Origin: a virus
DNA: 37,243 bases
Reading direction: 5' to 3' (one strand)
UHGV virus genome: UHGV-1372004
Below are positions 8,269 to 15,207 of this stretch, piece by piece (position 1 is the first letter of the stretch; each line of letters opens with the position of its first letter). The notes under the pieces were generated by a model. The model was not told the origin of the DNA, ran no database searches, and saw only the letters and a list, made by a program, of their open reading frames with translations. The position numbers and the translations under genes are program-made.

Positions 8269-8458
8269 GTTTTTCCTCCTTTTCTAATTCTGCTAATACT
8301 GCTTCAATTGGCTTGATTTGTTTATCTGGCTTTCTACGTCCATTCATAATATCCGACATATAAGCTGTTGAAATATTAATCTTTTCAGCTAACCAAGCTT
8401 GACTCTTGTTATGCGTAGCTAGCGCCACACGCACTTTTAAAATGAAGTCCTGCGACAT
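8246..8458 (-). CDS. Cro-like XRE-family HTH regulator
   Basis: 70 aa; KSQAWLAEKINISTAYMSDIMNGRRKP is an XRE HTH; divergent from the cI-like gene. Confidence 0.65.
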   Translation of the reverse strand: MSQDFILKVRVALATHNKSQAWLAEKINISTAYMSDIMNGRRKPDKQIKPIEAVLAELEKEEKHANNNSR

Positions 8459-8460
8459 AA

Positions 8461-9237
8461 CTATCTCTCCTCTAATAGATCAATTTCTGGAATATATCCT
8501 TCTTTTTTTAGCGACTCATAAATGAACAAACGTCCTTTTTGAGTCCATTTTGTATTCATCACAACTTTTGTTCCACCATCAGATTTCGGAATCTCAGTTG
8601 TATGAGATTTTGTATATCCTTGTCTCATATGTTTCTTGCATAATAACCATTGGTTGCCTACTTTTTTCTGAATACCTAGTTTATGAAGTAGTTTGTTCAT
8701 CTGTTGTGGAGACATCCCATAATCTGCTGCAATCTGACTAATTGTTACTGAATCTGTAGAAGATAATATGCTATCTAAATATGAGATTTTGGGTTCGTAT
8801 TCTGCAATCTTTTGTTCTGCGATTAGTCTTCCAGTACGTTCTTCTTTCAATTTAGTTGCTAATTGAATGATTGTATCTGGATTAAGCAAAGCTTCTTCTA
8901 CTTTTTCTGGAGTTAGATAACCTCCATGTTTTCTAATTGCTGGCAACACTTCACTTGTTACCCAACGTTTGAATTTCTTGGCATTTGAGAGTTTAGATTT
9001 AAGGATTAAACTATATAGCCCTGATTCGTTGATAATCGTCATCTCTCTCGATTGACCTGAGGTCGTGATTCGCGACCCCATCTTATCTTCCAAATCTACA
9101 TGCCGCGACAAAGCATCTTTAGTGTTTGAATAACCCAAAACACTTGCAACGTCTTTACCTACAAAATATGGTTCATCATTTACTAAAATTGTCCGAACTT
9201 CGTTTTGTTCGAAATTAAAAATTTGTGGTGTGTTCAT
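8461..9237 (-). CDS. phage antirepressor (Bro-N domain + KilA-C domain)
   Basis: MNTPQIFNFEQNEVRTILVNDEPYFVGKDVASVLGY is a Bro-N domain; the C-terminal half is KilAC-like; start moved to the ATG with an RBS (9237). Confidence 0.7.
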   Translation of the reverse strand: MNTPQIFNFEQNEVRTILVNDEPYFVGKDVASVLGYSNTKDALSRHVDLEDKMGSRITTSGQSREMTIINESGLYSLILKSKLSNAKKFKRWVTSEVLPAIRKHGGYLTPEKVEEALLNPDTIIQLATKLKEERTGRLIAEQKIAEYEPKISYLDSILSSTDSVTISQIAADYGMSPQQMNKLLHKLGIQKKVGNQWLLCKKHMRQGYTKSHTTEIPKSDGGTKVVMNTKWTQKGRLFIYESLKKEGYIPEIDLLEER

Positions 9238-9255
9238 TTTGCTCATTCCTTTCTT

Positions 9256-9264
9256 TGGTATAAT
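9256..9264 (+). promoter_or_regulatory. extended −10 promoter element (TGGTATAAT) for the small plus-strand gene
   Basis: TGG at 9256-9258 then TATAAT at 9259-9264, about 28 nt upstream of the ATG at 9293. Confidence 0.3.
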
Positions 9265-9292
9265 TTTGAATAGAAAGCGAGGTGAAAATAGT

Positions 9293-9514
9293 ATGGAAGA
9301 ATTTAATATGGATGTCGACGCCTTATTCAAACAAACCGTATTCAAGACTGTTAATAAAGAATTCAAAATAGATTTCCAAAATGACGAATCTTTTCCAACA
9401 GAAATTGAATTATTCGAAGAACTTTCTCAGAGCGTTTCTGAGTCTTTTTCTCGTCAGTTGCAAAAGAATTTTTTTGATGCTCTTGTGGATGAATTTCATC
9501 AACAACAGCACTAA
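9293..9514 (+). CDS. small highly acidic protein (73 aa), transcribed convergently toward the early promoter region
   Basis: RBS GAGGTG plus 8 nt before the ATG; MEEFNMDVDALF...ELFEELSQSVSESF...DALVDEFHQQQH is D/E-rich; followed by a strong intrinsic terminator. Confidence 0.45.
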   Translation: MEEFNMDVDALFKQTVFKTVNKEFKIDFQNDESFPTEIELFEELSQSVSESFSRQLQKNFFDALVDEFHQQQH

Positions 9515-9584
9515 ACTTTTGGTCTTTAAAATGTATAGTTATTAAAGCTCCTTTTGCGGAAGGAGTTTTTTTATTTTGTTTCAT
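9363..9584 (-). CDS. hypothetical basic protein, first ORF of the early leftward transcript; overlaps the plus-strand acidic gene, so only one of the two may be real
   Basis: strong RBS AAGGAGG plus 7 nt before the ATG at 9584; 73 aa. Confidence 0.3.
   Translation of the reverse strand: MKQNKKTPSAKGALITIHFKDQKFSAVVDEIHPQEHQKNSFATDEKKTQKRSEKVLRIIQFLLEKIRHFGNLF
9546..9578 (+). terminator. intrinsic terminator
   Basis: AGCTCCTT-ttgcgg-AAGGAGtT hairpin followed by TTTTTTTATTTTG. Confidence 0.55.
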
Positions 9585-9611
9585 GATGTTTCCTCCTTTT
9601 CTTTAAATATG

Positions 9612-9631
9612 TAAGCTAATAAAATTAGCTA
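9612..9631. promoter_or_regulatory. operator-like imperfect inverted repeat (AAGCTAAT-aaa-ATTAGCTA)
   Basis: sits in the cI/cro intergenic switch region; a related site lies at 9771-9789. Confidence 0.4.
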
Positions 9632-9637
9632 ATTTTG

Positions 9638-9666
9638 TTGACAGTTTCTAAAAAGTTTTATAGAAT
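9638..9666 (+). promoter_or_regulatory. near-consensus sigma70 promoter (TTGACA-17-TAGAAT) pointing at the cI-like operon
   Basis: TTGACA at 9638-9643, 17-nt spacer, TAGAAT at 9661-9666. Confidence 0.4.
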
Positions 9667-9770
9667 AAGTGCATAGTTAAATAAGCACAGAATTACCCTA
9701 TAAATTAACATTCTAAGTTTCCCGACCTTGAATTTGTTTACTTTATTAGGTGTCTTTCTTATTGCTTGTT

Positions 9771-9789
9771 AGCTTATTAAATTAGCTTA
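9771..9789. promoter_or_regulatory. second operator-like inverted repeat (AGCTTAT-taa-ATTAGCTTA)
   Basis: shares the half-site ATTAGCT(T)A with the 9612-9631 site. Confidence 0.35.
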
Positions 9790-9881
9790 CGAACATATAT
9801 TAATATAAAGTTTTGTAGATGTCAACGATTATCTACAAAGTTTTTAAGATGTGTTTTAGGCATGATCGGAGAATCATTATT

Positions 9882-10229
9882 ATGACAACATTTGAGAGAG
9901 TAAAAATGTTAGCAGATAAACGCAAAATATCTATTGTCGAATTGGAAGAAAAACTTAATTTTAGTAAAAATTCACTTTATGCGTGGAAAAAGAGTAAGCC
10001 ATCCATTGATAAACTAAATGCAGTTGCTGACTATTTCCATGTTTCAACAGATTATTTGCTAGGACGCACAGATGATCCTAACGCGGGAGTTGCACCAGAG
10101 GAAAGAAAACTAACCGTGGAAGAAGCTTTAGCATCTGTTATGAGTAGCGACGGAAAACCGCTCACCGATAATGATAGGGAAATACTATCAGCTATGATTG
10201 AAGCATATTTAGAGAAAAAAGATAACTAA
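9882..10229 (+). CDS. cI-like XRE-family repressor
   Basis: start MTTFERVKMLADKRKISIVELEEKLNFSKNSLYAWKK (HTH_3) after RBS GGAGA; C-terminal dimerisation region; an ImmA gene follows, as in cI–ImmA pairs. Confidence 0.7.
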   Translation: MTTFERVKMLADKRKISIVELEEKLNFSKNSLYAWKKSKPSIDKLNAVADYFHVSTDYLLGRTDDPNAGVAPEERKLTVEEALASVMSSDGKPLTDNDREILSAMIEAYLEKKDN

Positions 10230-10237
10230 ATAAGTAG

Positions 10238-10660
10238 GTGAGTCATTTGGACAGTCAAATTGAAATGATGATTAACGAACTCGGCGTTAAGGTAGAAGAG
10301 CGTGAAAACCTTGATGCCGATGGCCATTATGTTGCTTGTATGAATACCATAGTAATAAAAGCTAATTTATCTAAGTATAGAAGACAAAGAACCTTATTAC
10401 ATGAATTAGGACACGCTTCTAAACATCATGATAATTATTTTTTATATAACTTAGCATTCTCTCTCCATTCAAAAATGGAATATGAGGCTGATCGCTTCAT
10501 GATTGAAAAATTATTAGATAGATATATTGCAAAGTCTGAATTAGAACCACACAATATCAATTACATGAAATTTATAGAAGATAACAATTTAAGCGTTCGC
10601 TTCGAACCACTTGTGAAAGAATTATTAAAAGCTCGCATCTATTGTTATGCAGCTCTCTAA
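10238..10660 (+). CDS. ImmA/IrrE-family zinc metallopeptidase (putative anti-repressor protease)
   Basis: HELGHAS HEXXH motif; lies directly downstream of the cI-like gene. Confidence 0.7.
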   Translation: MSHLDSQIEMMINELGVKVEERENLDADGHYVACMNTIVIKANLSKYRRQRTLLHELGHASKHHDNYFLYNLAFSLHSKMEYEADRFMIEKLLDRYIAKSELEPHNINYMKFIEDNNLSVRFEPLVKELLKARIYCYAAL

Positions 10661-10712
10661 AATTTTTTAAGCAAAAAAGAACATATGTTCAAAAATAGAA
10701 AGGTGAACAAAA

Positions 10713-11024
10713 ATGATATATACAGAATTCAAAGAATGGTTAGAAAAAAACACAACCGGATACGAAACATTTATCATCAAAGCTACTAATTATCAAATTG
10801 AAAAAAACAAAAATAGACCCCCAAAAAAACGCTGGGATGATAAGAAAATAGATAAAGCTGTATTAGAAATGTGGAAACAAGTCGTGACTAACTTGTATCA
10901 AACAATTCGTAAAGAAAAAGGAGTTCCATTAATTAACGGGAGGGAAATATGGCTTGAATTTATAGAGGAACAAGGACTGATCGAATTTTTCAATGATAGC
11001 ATGGCAGAATTAGAATTTGAATAG
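10713..11024 (+). CDS. hypothetical protein in the lysogeny module
   Basis: 103 aa ORF between the ImmA and int genes, same strand. Confidence 0.45.
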   Translation: MIYTEFKEWLEKNTTGYETFIIKATNYQIEKNKNRPPKKRWDDKKIDKAVLEMWKQVVTNLYQTIRKEKGVPLINGREIWLEFIEEQGLIEFFNDSMAELEFE

Positions 11025-11035
11025 GGGTAATATTG

Positions 11036-12184
11036 ATGGCAATGATAAAACAATATAAAAAGAAAAATGGCGAAAAAGCATGGTACTTTAAAACTTATCT
11101 CGGTATTGATCCGCTAACAGGAAAGAAAAAATATACTACTAAAAGAGGATTTAGAACACAAAAAGAAGCAAAAACAGCACTTTCTAGGTTAGAACTAGAA
11201 TTACAAAAAACAGGAATGCCCACAAGTACAAATACTACTTTCAAAGAAGCAGCAGAATTATGGCTAGAAAGCTATAAAAAAACTGTAAAAGAAAGTTCAT
11301 ATTCAAGGACTAAAATAATCTTTAACAAACATATATATCCTAAATTTGGAAATATTAAGCTTTCTAAAATTAATACGGCATATTGTCAAAAGGTAGTAAA
11401 TGATTGGAGTGAAAAAGGAACTTCAAAGCAGTACCCTCTTTTCATAAACTATATGAACAAAGTTTTTAAGTATGCTATAAATATTGGTTTAACATCTGAT
11501 AATCCAACATTAAATTTACTTATTCCAAAGCCACAAATTAAAACAGAAAAGAAATTAAAATTATATACAAAAGAACAGTTGGAATTATTTCTAAATGAAG
11601 TATCTCAAGAACAGAATCCATATTTTAAAAACAGAGACTATACGCTCTTTAGACTATTAGCATTCAGCGGATGTAGAATCGGCGAAATATTAGCACTCAC
11701 TTGGGACAATATTAATTTTAAAACAAATGAAATGGCCATTAAAAAAACTGTAGCTCGTTCAGATAAATATTATATATCTGAAACTCCTAAAACCAAAAAA
11801 TCAAATCGAATAATTTATTTAGATGAGAAAACTATAAAGCAATTAAAATTTTGGAAGCTTGAACAAAGAAAGTACTTATTTCAATTAGGATTTACCAAAG
11901 CTAATTATTTGTTCACCAATGACGAAAATAATTTCACAATTAATCAGGCAGTAGCAGAAAGATACAATGTATATCGTGAGCGTGCCGGCTTACCTTATAT
12001 CGGTCTGCATGGTTTTAGACATACACATGCATCAATGTTATATGAGGCAGGCGCAGATCACAAAGAAGTCCAAGAAAGAATGGGCCACGCAAATATAAAA
12101 ACTACTATGGACACATATACACACATTACTAACAGCAAAAAAGAAGAAACAACACAAAAACTAACAAATTATATTAACTTCTAA
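11036..12184 (+). CDS. int: tyrosine site-specific integrase
   Basis: C-terminal catalytic region LHGFRHTHASMLYEAGADHKEVQERMGHANIKTTMDTYTHI; N-terminal SAM-like domain; followed by arm-type repeats. Confidence 0.9.
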   Translation: MAMIKQYKKKNGEKAWYFKTYLGIDPLTGKKKYTTKRGFRTQKEAKTALSRLELELQKTGMPTSTNTTFKEAAELWLESYKKTVKESSYSRTKIIFNKHIYPKFGNIKLSKINTAYCQKVVNDWSEKGTSKQYPLFINYMNKVFKYAINIGLTSDNPTLNLLIPKPQIKTEKKLKLYTKEQLELFLNEVSQEQNPYFKNRDYTLFRLLAFSGCRIGEILALTWDNINFKTNEMAIKKTVARSDKYYISETPKTKKSNRIIYLDEKTIKQLKFWKLEQRKYLFQLGFTKANYLFTNDENNFTINQAVAERYNVYRERAGLPYIGLHGFRHTHASMLYEAGADHKEVQERMGHANIKTTMDTYTHITNSKKEETTQKLTNYINF

Positions 12185-12186
12185 GA

Positions 12187-12210
12187 AAGTATGGTCAAAA
12201 GTATGGTCAA
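12187..12210. repeat. tandem 12-bp direct repeat AAGTATGGTCAA ×2 directly after the int stop; arm-type integrase-binding site candidate
   Basis: exact tandem copies at 12187-12198 and 12199-12210; two more copies at 12413-12434. Confidence 0.45.
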
Positions 12211-12412
12211 AAAAAATCCCATAATTTACAAAAAAGCTCCATCCCTTGCCACACAAGAGATAGAGCAGTTTATTTATTAAGCTTCTTGAGCTACTGGATA
12301 AACAGACACTTCAAATATACCTTTTTCTGGTATATTCTGAACAATGCTAACAGCTTGAGATCACTAGATTTCTAATATTATCTATAATGTGCAATTTCCT
12401 ATTATTTCTCAA

Positions 12413-12434
12413 AAGTATGGTCAAAGTATGGTCA
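12413..12434. repeat. second pair of AAGTATGGTCA direct repeats, the distal arm of the putative attP
   Basis: AAGTATGGTCAAAGTATGGTCA, same orientation as the first pair; together they bracket a ~200-bp non-coding segment. Confidence 0.45.
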
Positions 12435-12532
12435 TTTTTTATGTTAAATTTTCATAACTTCTTTTATATAATATTTTCCTCTGATATGATAAGAATGTGA
12501 ATATTATATAGATAGAAGGAAGGTTCATGTAT

Positions 12533-13171
12533 ATGGGGTTATTCGGTAACAAAGAAAAAAAACTAGCTAAGAAAAAAGAAAAAGAAATAAAGAAGACTGA
12601 ACAAGCAAAAACTTTTAACTATTTTAAAGATAATAGTAACTTGATCATTGAAGATTTCTACTTTGATGATATCCATAAAAAAGCTTTTATAAAGAAGTCT
12701 ATATTAAAAAATAGAGAGCAGTGTGTATTAAACTATAATGACTTAATCAGTTATACACCGGTTTTTGAAGGATCAAAAATAAAAAAACATCATGGAATAA
12801 CTAGAGCAGTTGTTGGTGGTGTATTAGCAGGTCCTATTGGAGCTTTAGTTGGCGCCGGTACTGGTGGCAAAGAATTTGAATCTGTAAAACAATTAGGTGT
12901 TATGGTTCATCTTGCTGATAACTCATCAGTTAAATATTTAATCATTAACAGCGAAACTAAATTAGATTCTATTGTAGGAAGAGCCTCTATGGATATATAT
13001 AATAAACTTGTTGCGAAATTAGAATGGATACTAAAAGAAAAAGAAGGAGTTCCGACTAACACCTCAGAAAGTCAAGCAGATGAAATAAGAAAATATAAAG
13101 AACTATTGGATGATGGAATCATTACAGAAGAAGAATTTAATAAAAAGAAACAAGAATTATTAGATTTATAA
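12533..13171 (+). CDS. SHOCT-domain protein with PH-like segments and a glycine-zipper
   Basis: C-terminus ELLDDGIITEEEFNKKKQELLDL is a SHOCT motif; central GGVLAGPIGALVGAGTGG glycine zipper; start taken at the second ATG, which has RBS spacing. Confidence 0.5.
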   Translation: MGLFGNKEKKLAKKKEKEIKKTEQAKTFNYFKDNSNLIIEDFYFDDIHKKAFIKKSILKNREQCVLNYNDLISYTPVFEGSKIKKHHGITRAVVGGVLAGPIGALVGAGTGGKEFESVKQLGVMVHLADNSSVKYLIINSETKLDSIVGRASMDIYNKLVAKLEWILKEKEGVPTNTSESQADEIRKYKELLDDGIITEEEFNKKKQELLDL

Positions 13172-13265
13172 TATCTATCAAAGAAGATGAGCATTTAATT
13201 TAGCTCATCTTCTTCTATTTACAATACAAACATTCGTTCGTATACTCTTTTTGAGGTGAACTTTT

Positions 13266-13568
13266 ATGCTGATGGAAGGAAAAACACAATTATGGTTTAA
13301 ATTTGATCCTTCGAATAGATTTGTCAAAGATTTTTATAAGGTGTGGGATTCAGAAGTTTTCTTTTTAGCAATCGAAGATAGCTTATTAATCAATCTCTAC
13401 TATTCTAATAAGAACTACTTTAAAATCCCTGCTGCGAAAACGAGAATGAACCTAGATGCCTATTTTTTATTTGATGTAGTGACAAATGTCCCAGATGTCA
13501 GAGCAAAACATAAACGATTTGACTATGTAAAGTATACTTTTATTGATCCAGAAAGGTATAAAGATTAA
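13266..13568 (+). CDS. hypothetical protein, co-oriented partner of the SHOCT gene
   Basis: 100 aa ORF 95 nt downstream of the SHOCT gene; followed by a GGCTACC-taaaaa-GGTAGCC hairpin at 13573-13592. Confidence 0.45.
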   Translation: MLMEGKTQLWFKFDPSNRFVKDFYKVWDSEVFFLAIEDSLLINLYYSNKNYFKIPAAKTRMNLDAYFLFDVVTNVPDVRAKHKRFDYVKYTFIDPERYKD

Positions 13569-13797
13569 AGTAGGCTACCTAAAAAGGTAGCCCGGAACGG
13601 ATTTTATCACCATACTTATAAAAGGAGATATTTTTAAGTTAGTATTAAGATTGTGTAATATGATGATATCTATATTTTATAGTATCAGTGCTATAAAATC
13701 AAAAATAAGTCACTAATTAACTATCACTCCAATTATAAGCCTTTTTCCCATTATTTTTTACAGTTATATGGTATGCTTTTTAATAGCTTCAAATATA

Positions 13798-13859
13798 AAA
13801 GAGTTTAAAGCGTAACACACTTATGGGGAAGTGGTTTTTGGGGAACGCTTTAAACTCTT
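13798..13859. repeat. long perfect inverted repeat (15-bp arms) with a 32-nt G-rich loop in a non-coding region
   Basis: AAGAGTTTAAAGCGT (13798-13812) pairs with ACGCTTTAAACTCTT (13845-13859); the loop holds GGGGAAGTGGTTTTTGGGGAA; followed by CTTTATTATTAT. Confidence 0.4.
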
Positions 13860-13982
13860 CTTTATTATTATCTCACAATTTAACCCAAATGTCTTTCTAT
13901 TTTAAAAGTCAAAGTAAAACTTTTCAAATATACAGAAGTATAACTATGTGAAACATCCTTTCATTAATCCATAAAAGAATAC

Positions 13983-14008
13983 ATAAAAAAGCCACTCATT
14001 TGAGTGGC
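13983..14008 (-). terminator. intrinsic terminator downstream of the minus-strand tRNA
   Basis: on the minus strand GCCACTCA-aat-GAGTGGC followed by TTTTTTAT. Confidence 0.45.
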
Positions 14009-14083
14009 AATGGAGAAAAGCTTTAGCTTGTATAATACTCTTCAAAAAATTCTAACACAGAACAATTCAATTGGCTACATTAA

Positions 14084-14157
14084 TGTACCCTGTAGGACTC
14101 GAACCTACGACCGGACGGTTATGAGCCGTCTGCTCTAACCAACTGAGCTAAGGGTAC
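14084..14157 (-). tRNA. tRNA with anticodon CAT (elongator tRNA-Met, or tRNA-Ile2 if lysidinylated); no CCA encoded
   Basis: manual fold of the reverse complement: 7-bp acceptor stem GTACCCT/AGGGTAC, D-arm AGCTCAGTTGGTTAGAGC, anticodon stem GACGG/CCGTC with loop CTCATAA, T-arm GGTTCGAGTCC, discriminator A; G1–C72 pair so not an initiator. Confidence 0.85.
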
Positions 14158-14410
14158 GAGAAGCCACCACAACTCCTGTTAACAAAAAGAATGGAGATAG
14201 ACTAGATATAATAATGGGTTTCATTCTTTGTTGTGATGGCATATTTATTATTACACAGTTTCAAATTAAAAACTAGAATATTCAACATGTTAGAAGTCAA
14301 AATATGCTAATAAACATATTTAAAATTGTCAAGTGATTTATGTTTACTCTAAGATTCTAAGTTGGTATACTATATGTACATAAAAATCAACATAGTGAGG
14401 AGTGATTTTA

Positions 14411-14589
14411 TGGCTACCACTATTAAAAACACTGAATTAGTTTTCAATTCAGAAAAAGAGTGTAGCAAATTTCTAGCCGATATATATAAAAACAAAAAAG
14501 TTCCTTCAAACTCAAAAATTGCCAATACATTAGCTGGCATGAAGAAAATAAAAACAATAAATGTTGATGGTGTAAAATACGAGGTATAG
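14411..14589 (+). CDS. small hypothetical protein (59 aa), upstream partner of the GNAT-like gene
   Basis: strong RBS GTGAGGAGTG plus 5 nt before the ATG at 14411; ends 13 nt before the next gene. Confidence 0.45.
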
Positions 14590-14601
14590 AACGAGGCAGA
14601 T

Positions 14602-15159
14602 ATGTTACTTGATGATAAAGTTGAATTTAAAAAAATATCAAATATCGATGACAAAGAAAGAGCCTTAGTAGAGGCTTTTTCTTCTGGAAAAGATCATATT
14701 GATTCTTACTTAAAAAACGAAGCACTAGAAGATTTACAATATGGAATTACAAAGACTTATTTAATGTTTGTAACCCCAAAAGGTAAAGAAACCTACTTAC
14801 TAGGTTTTTTCTCTTTAACTACTGATCGTGTATTGATTACAAAAAAATCCAAATTACAAGATCTATTAACTAATTGGAAAAACCCAGTTTACCGTAAATC
14901 AATCCCTGGTATACAAATACACCACTTTGCCGTTAACGGACCTTATCAAGCGCAACATTTAGGTCAAGAGATGATGTATTATGCCTTTTTATTTATAAAA
15001 ACTGCGCTACTAAGTAATATAGGAGCTTGTTTGATTACAGTTCAAAGCGAACCTGATGTCCGTGGTTTTTATGAATCTCTTGGTTTCTGCCATACAGGTC
15101 AAGTAAGAGATTCAAATGTTAGTATGGCTATACCCACTAATGAATTTTTTATTCGTTAG
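14602..15159 (+). CDS. GNAT-fold acetyltransferase-like protein
   Basis: IQIHHFAVNGPYQAQHLGQEMMYYAFLF...GFYESLGF resembles GNAT motif A (Q/R-x-x-G-x-G/A) and the β4–α3 region; operon-like with the small upstream ORF. Confidence 0.5.
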   Translation: MLLDDKVEFKKISNIDDKERALVEAFSSGKDHIDSYLKNEALEDLQYGITKTYLMFVTPKGKETYLLGFFSLTTDRVLITKKSKLQDLLTNWKNPVYRKSIPGIQIHHFAVNGPYQAQHLGQEMMYYAFLFIKTALLSNIGACLITVQSEPDVRGFYESLGFCHTGQVRDSNVSMAIPTNEFFIR

Positions 15160-15181
15160 GAAAAGTTACATAATATGTACT

Positions 15182-15207
15182 GCCCCTCAACGAGGGGCTA
15201 TTTTTTT
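15182..15207 (+). terminator. intrinsic terminator
   Basis: GCCCCTC-aac-GAGGGGC followed by TATTTTTTTA. Confidence 0.55.

Noticed and set aside
9819-9881. Upstream extension of the cI-like ORF to 9819 (MSTIIYKVFKMCF...)
   Set aside because: No RBS at 9819; the ATG at 9882 has RBS GGAGA and gives the typical XRE-repressor N-terminus, so the extension is probably untranslated leader.
13573-13592. GGCTACC-taaaaa-GGTAGCC hairpin after the 13266..13568 gene as an intrinsic terminator
   Set aside because: The T-tract is weak and displaced by about 9 nt (CGGAACGGATTTTATC). It may act as a weak terminator or a protein-binding palindrome; not called as a feature.
12185-15205. Whether this ~3 kb stretch is host chromosome separating two tandem prophages, rather than a moron island within one phage
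   Set aside because: Each phage module occurs exactly once in the window and the total size (37 kb) fits one siphovirus genome; the paired arm-type repeats indicate an intact attP rather than attL/attR. A tandem-prophage layout cannot be fully excluded without the flanking contig.
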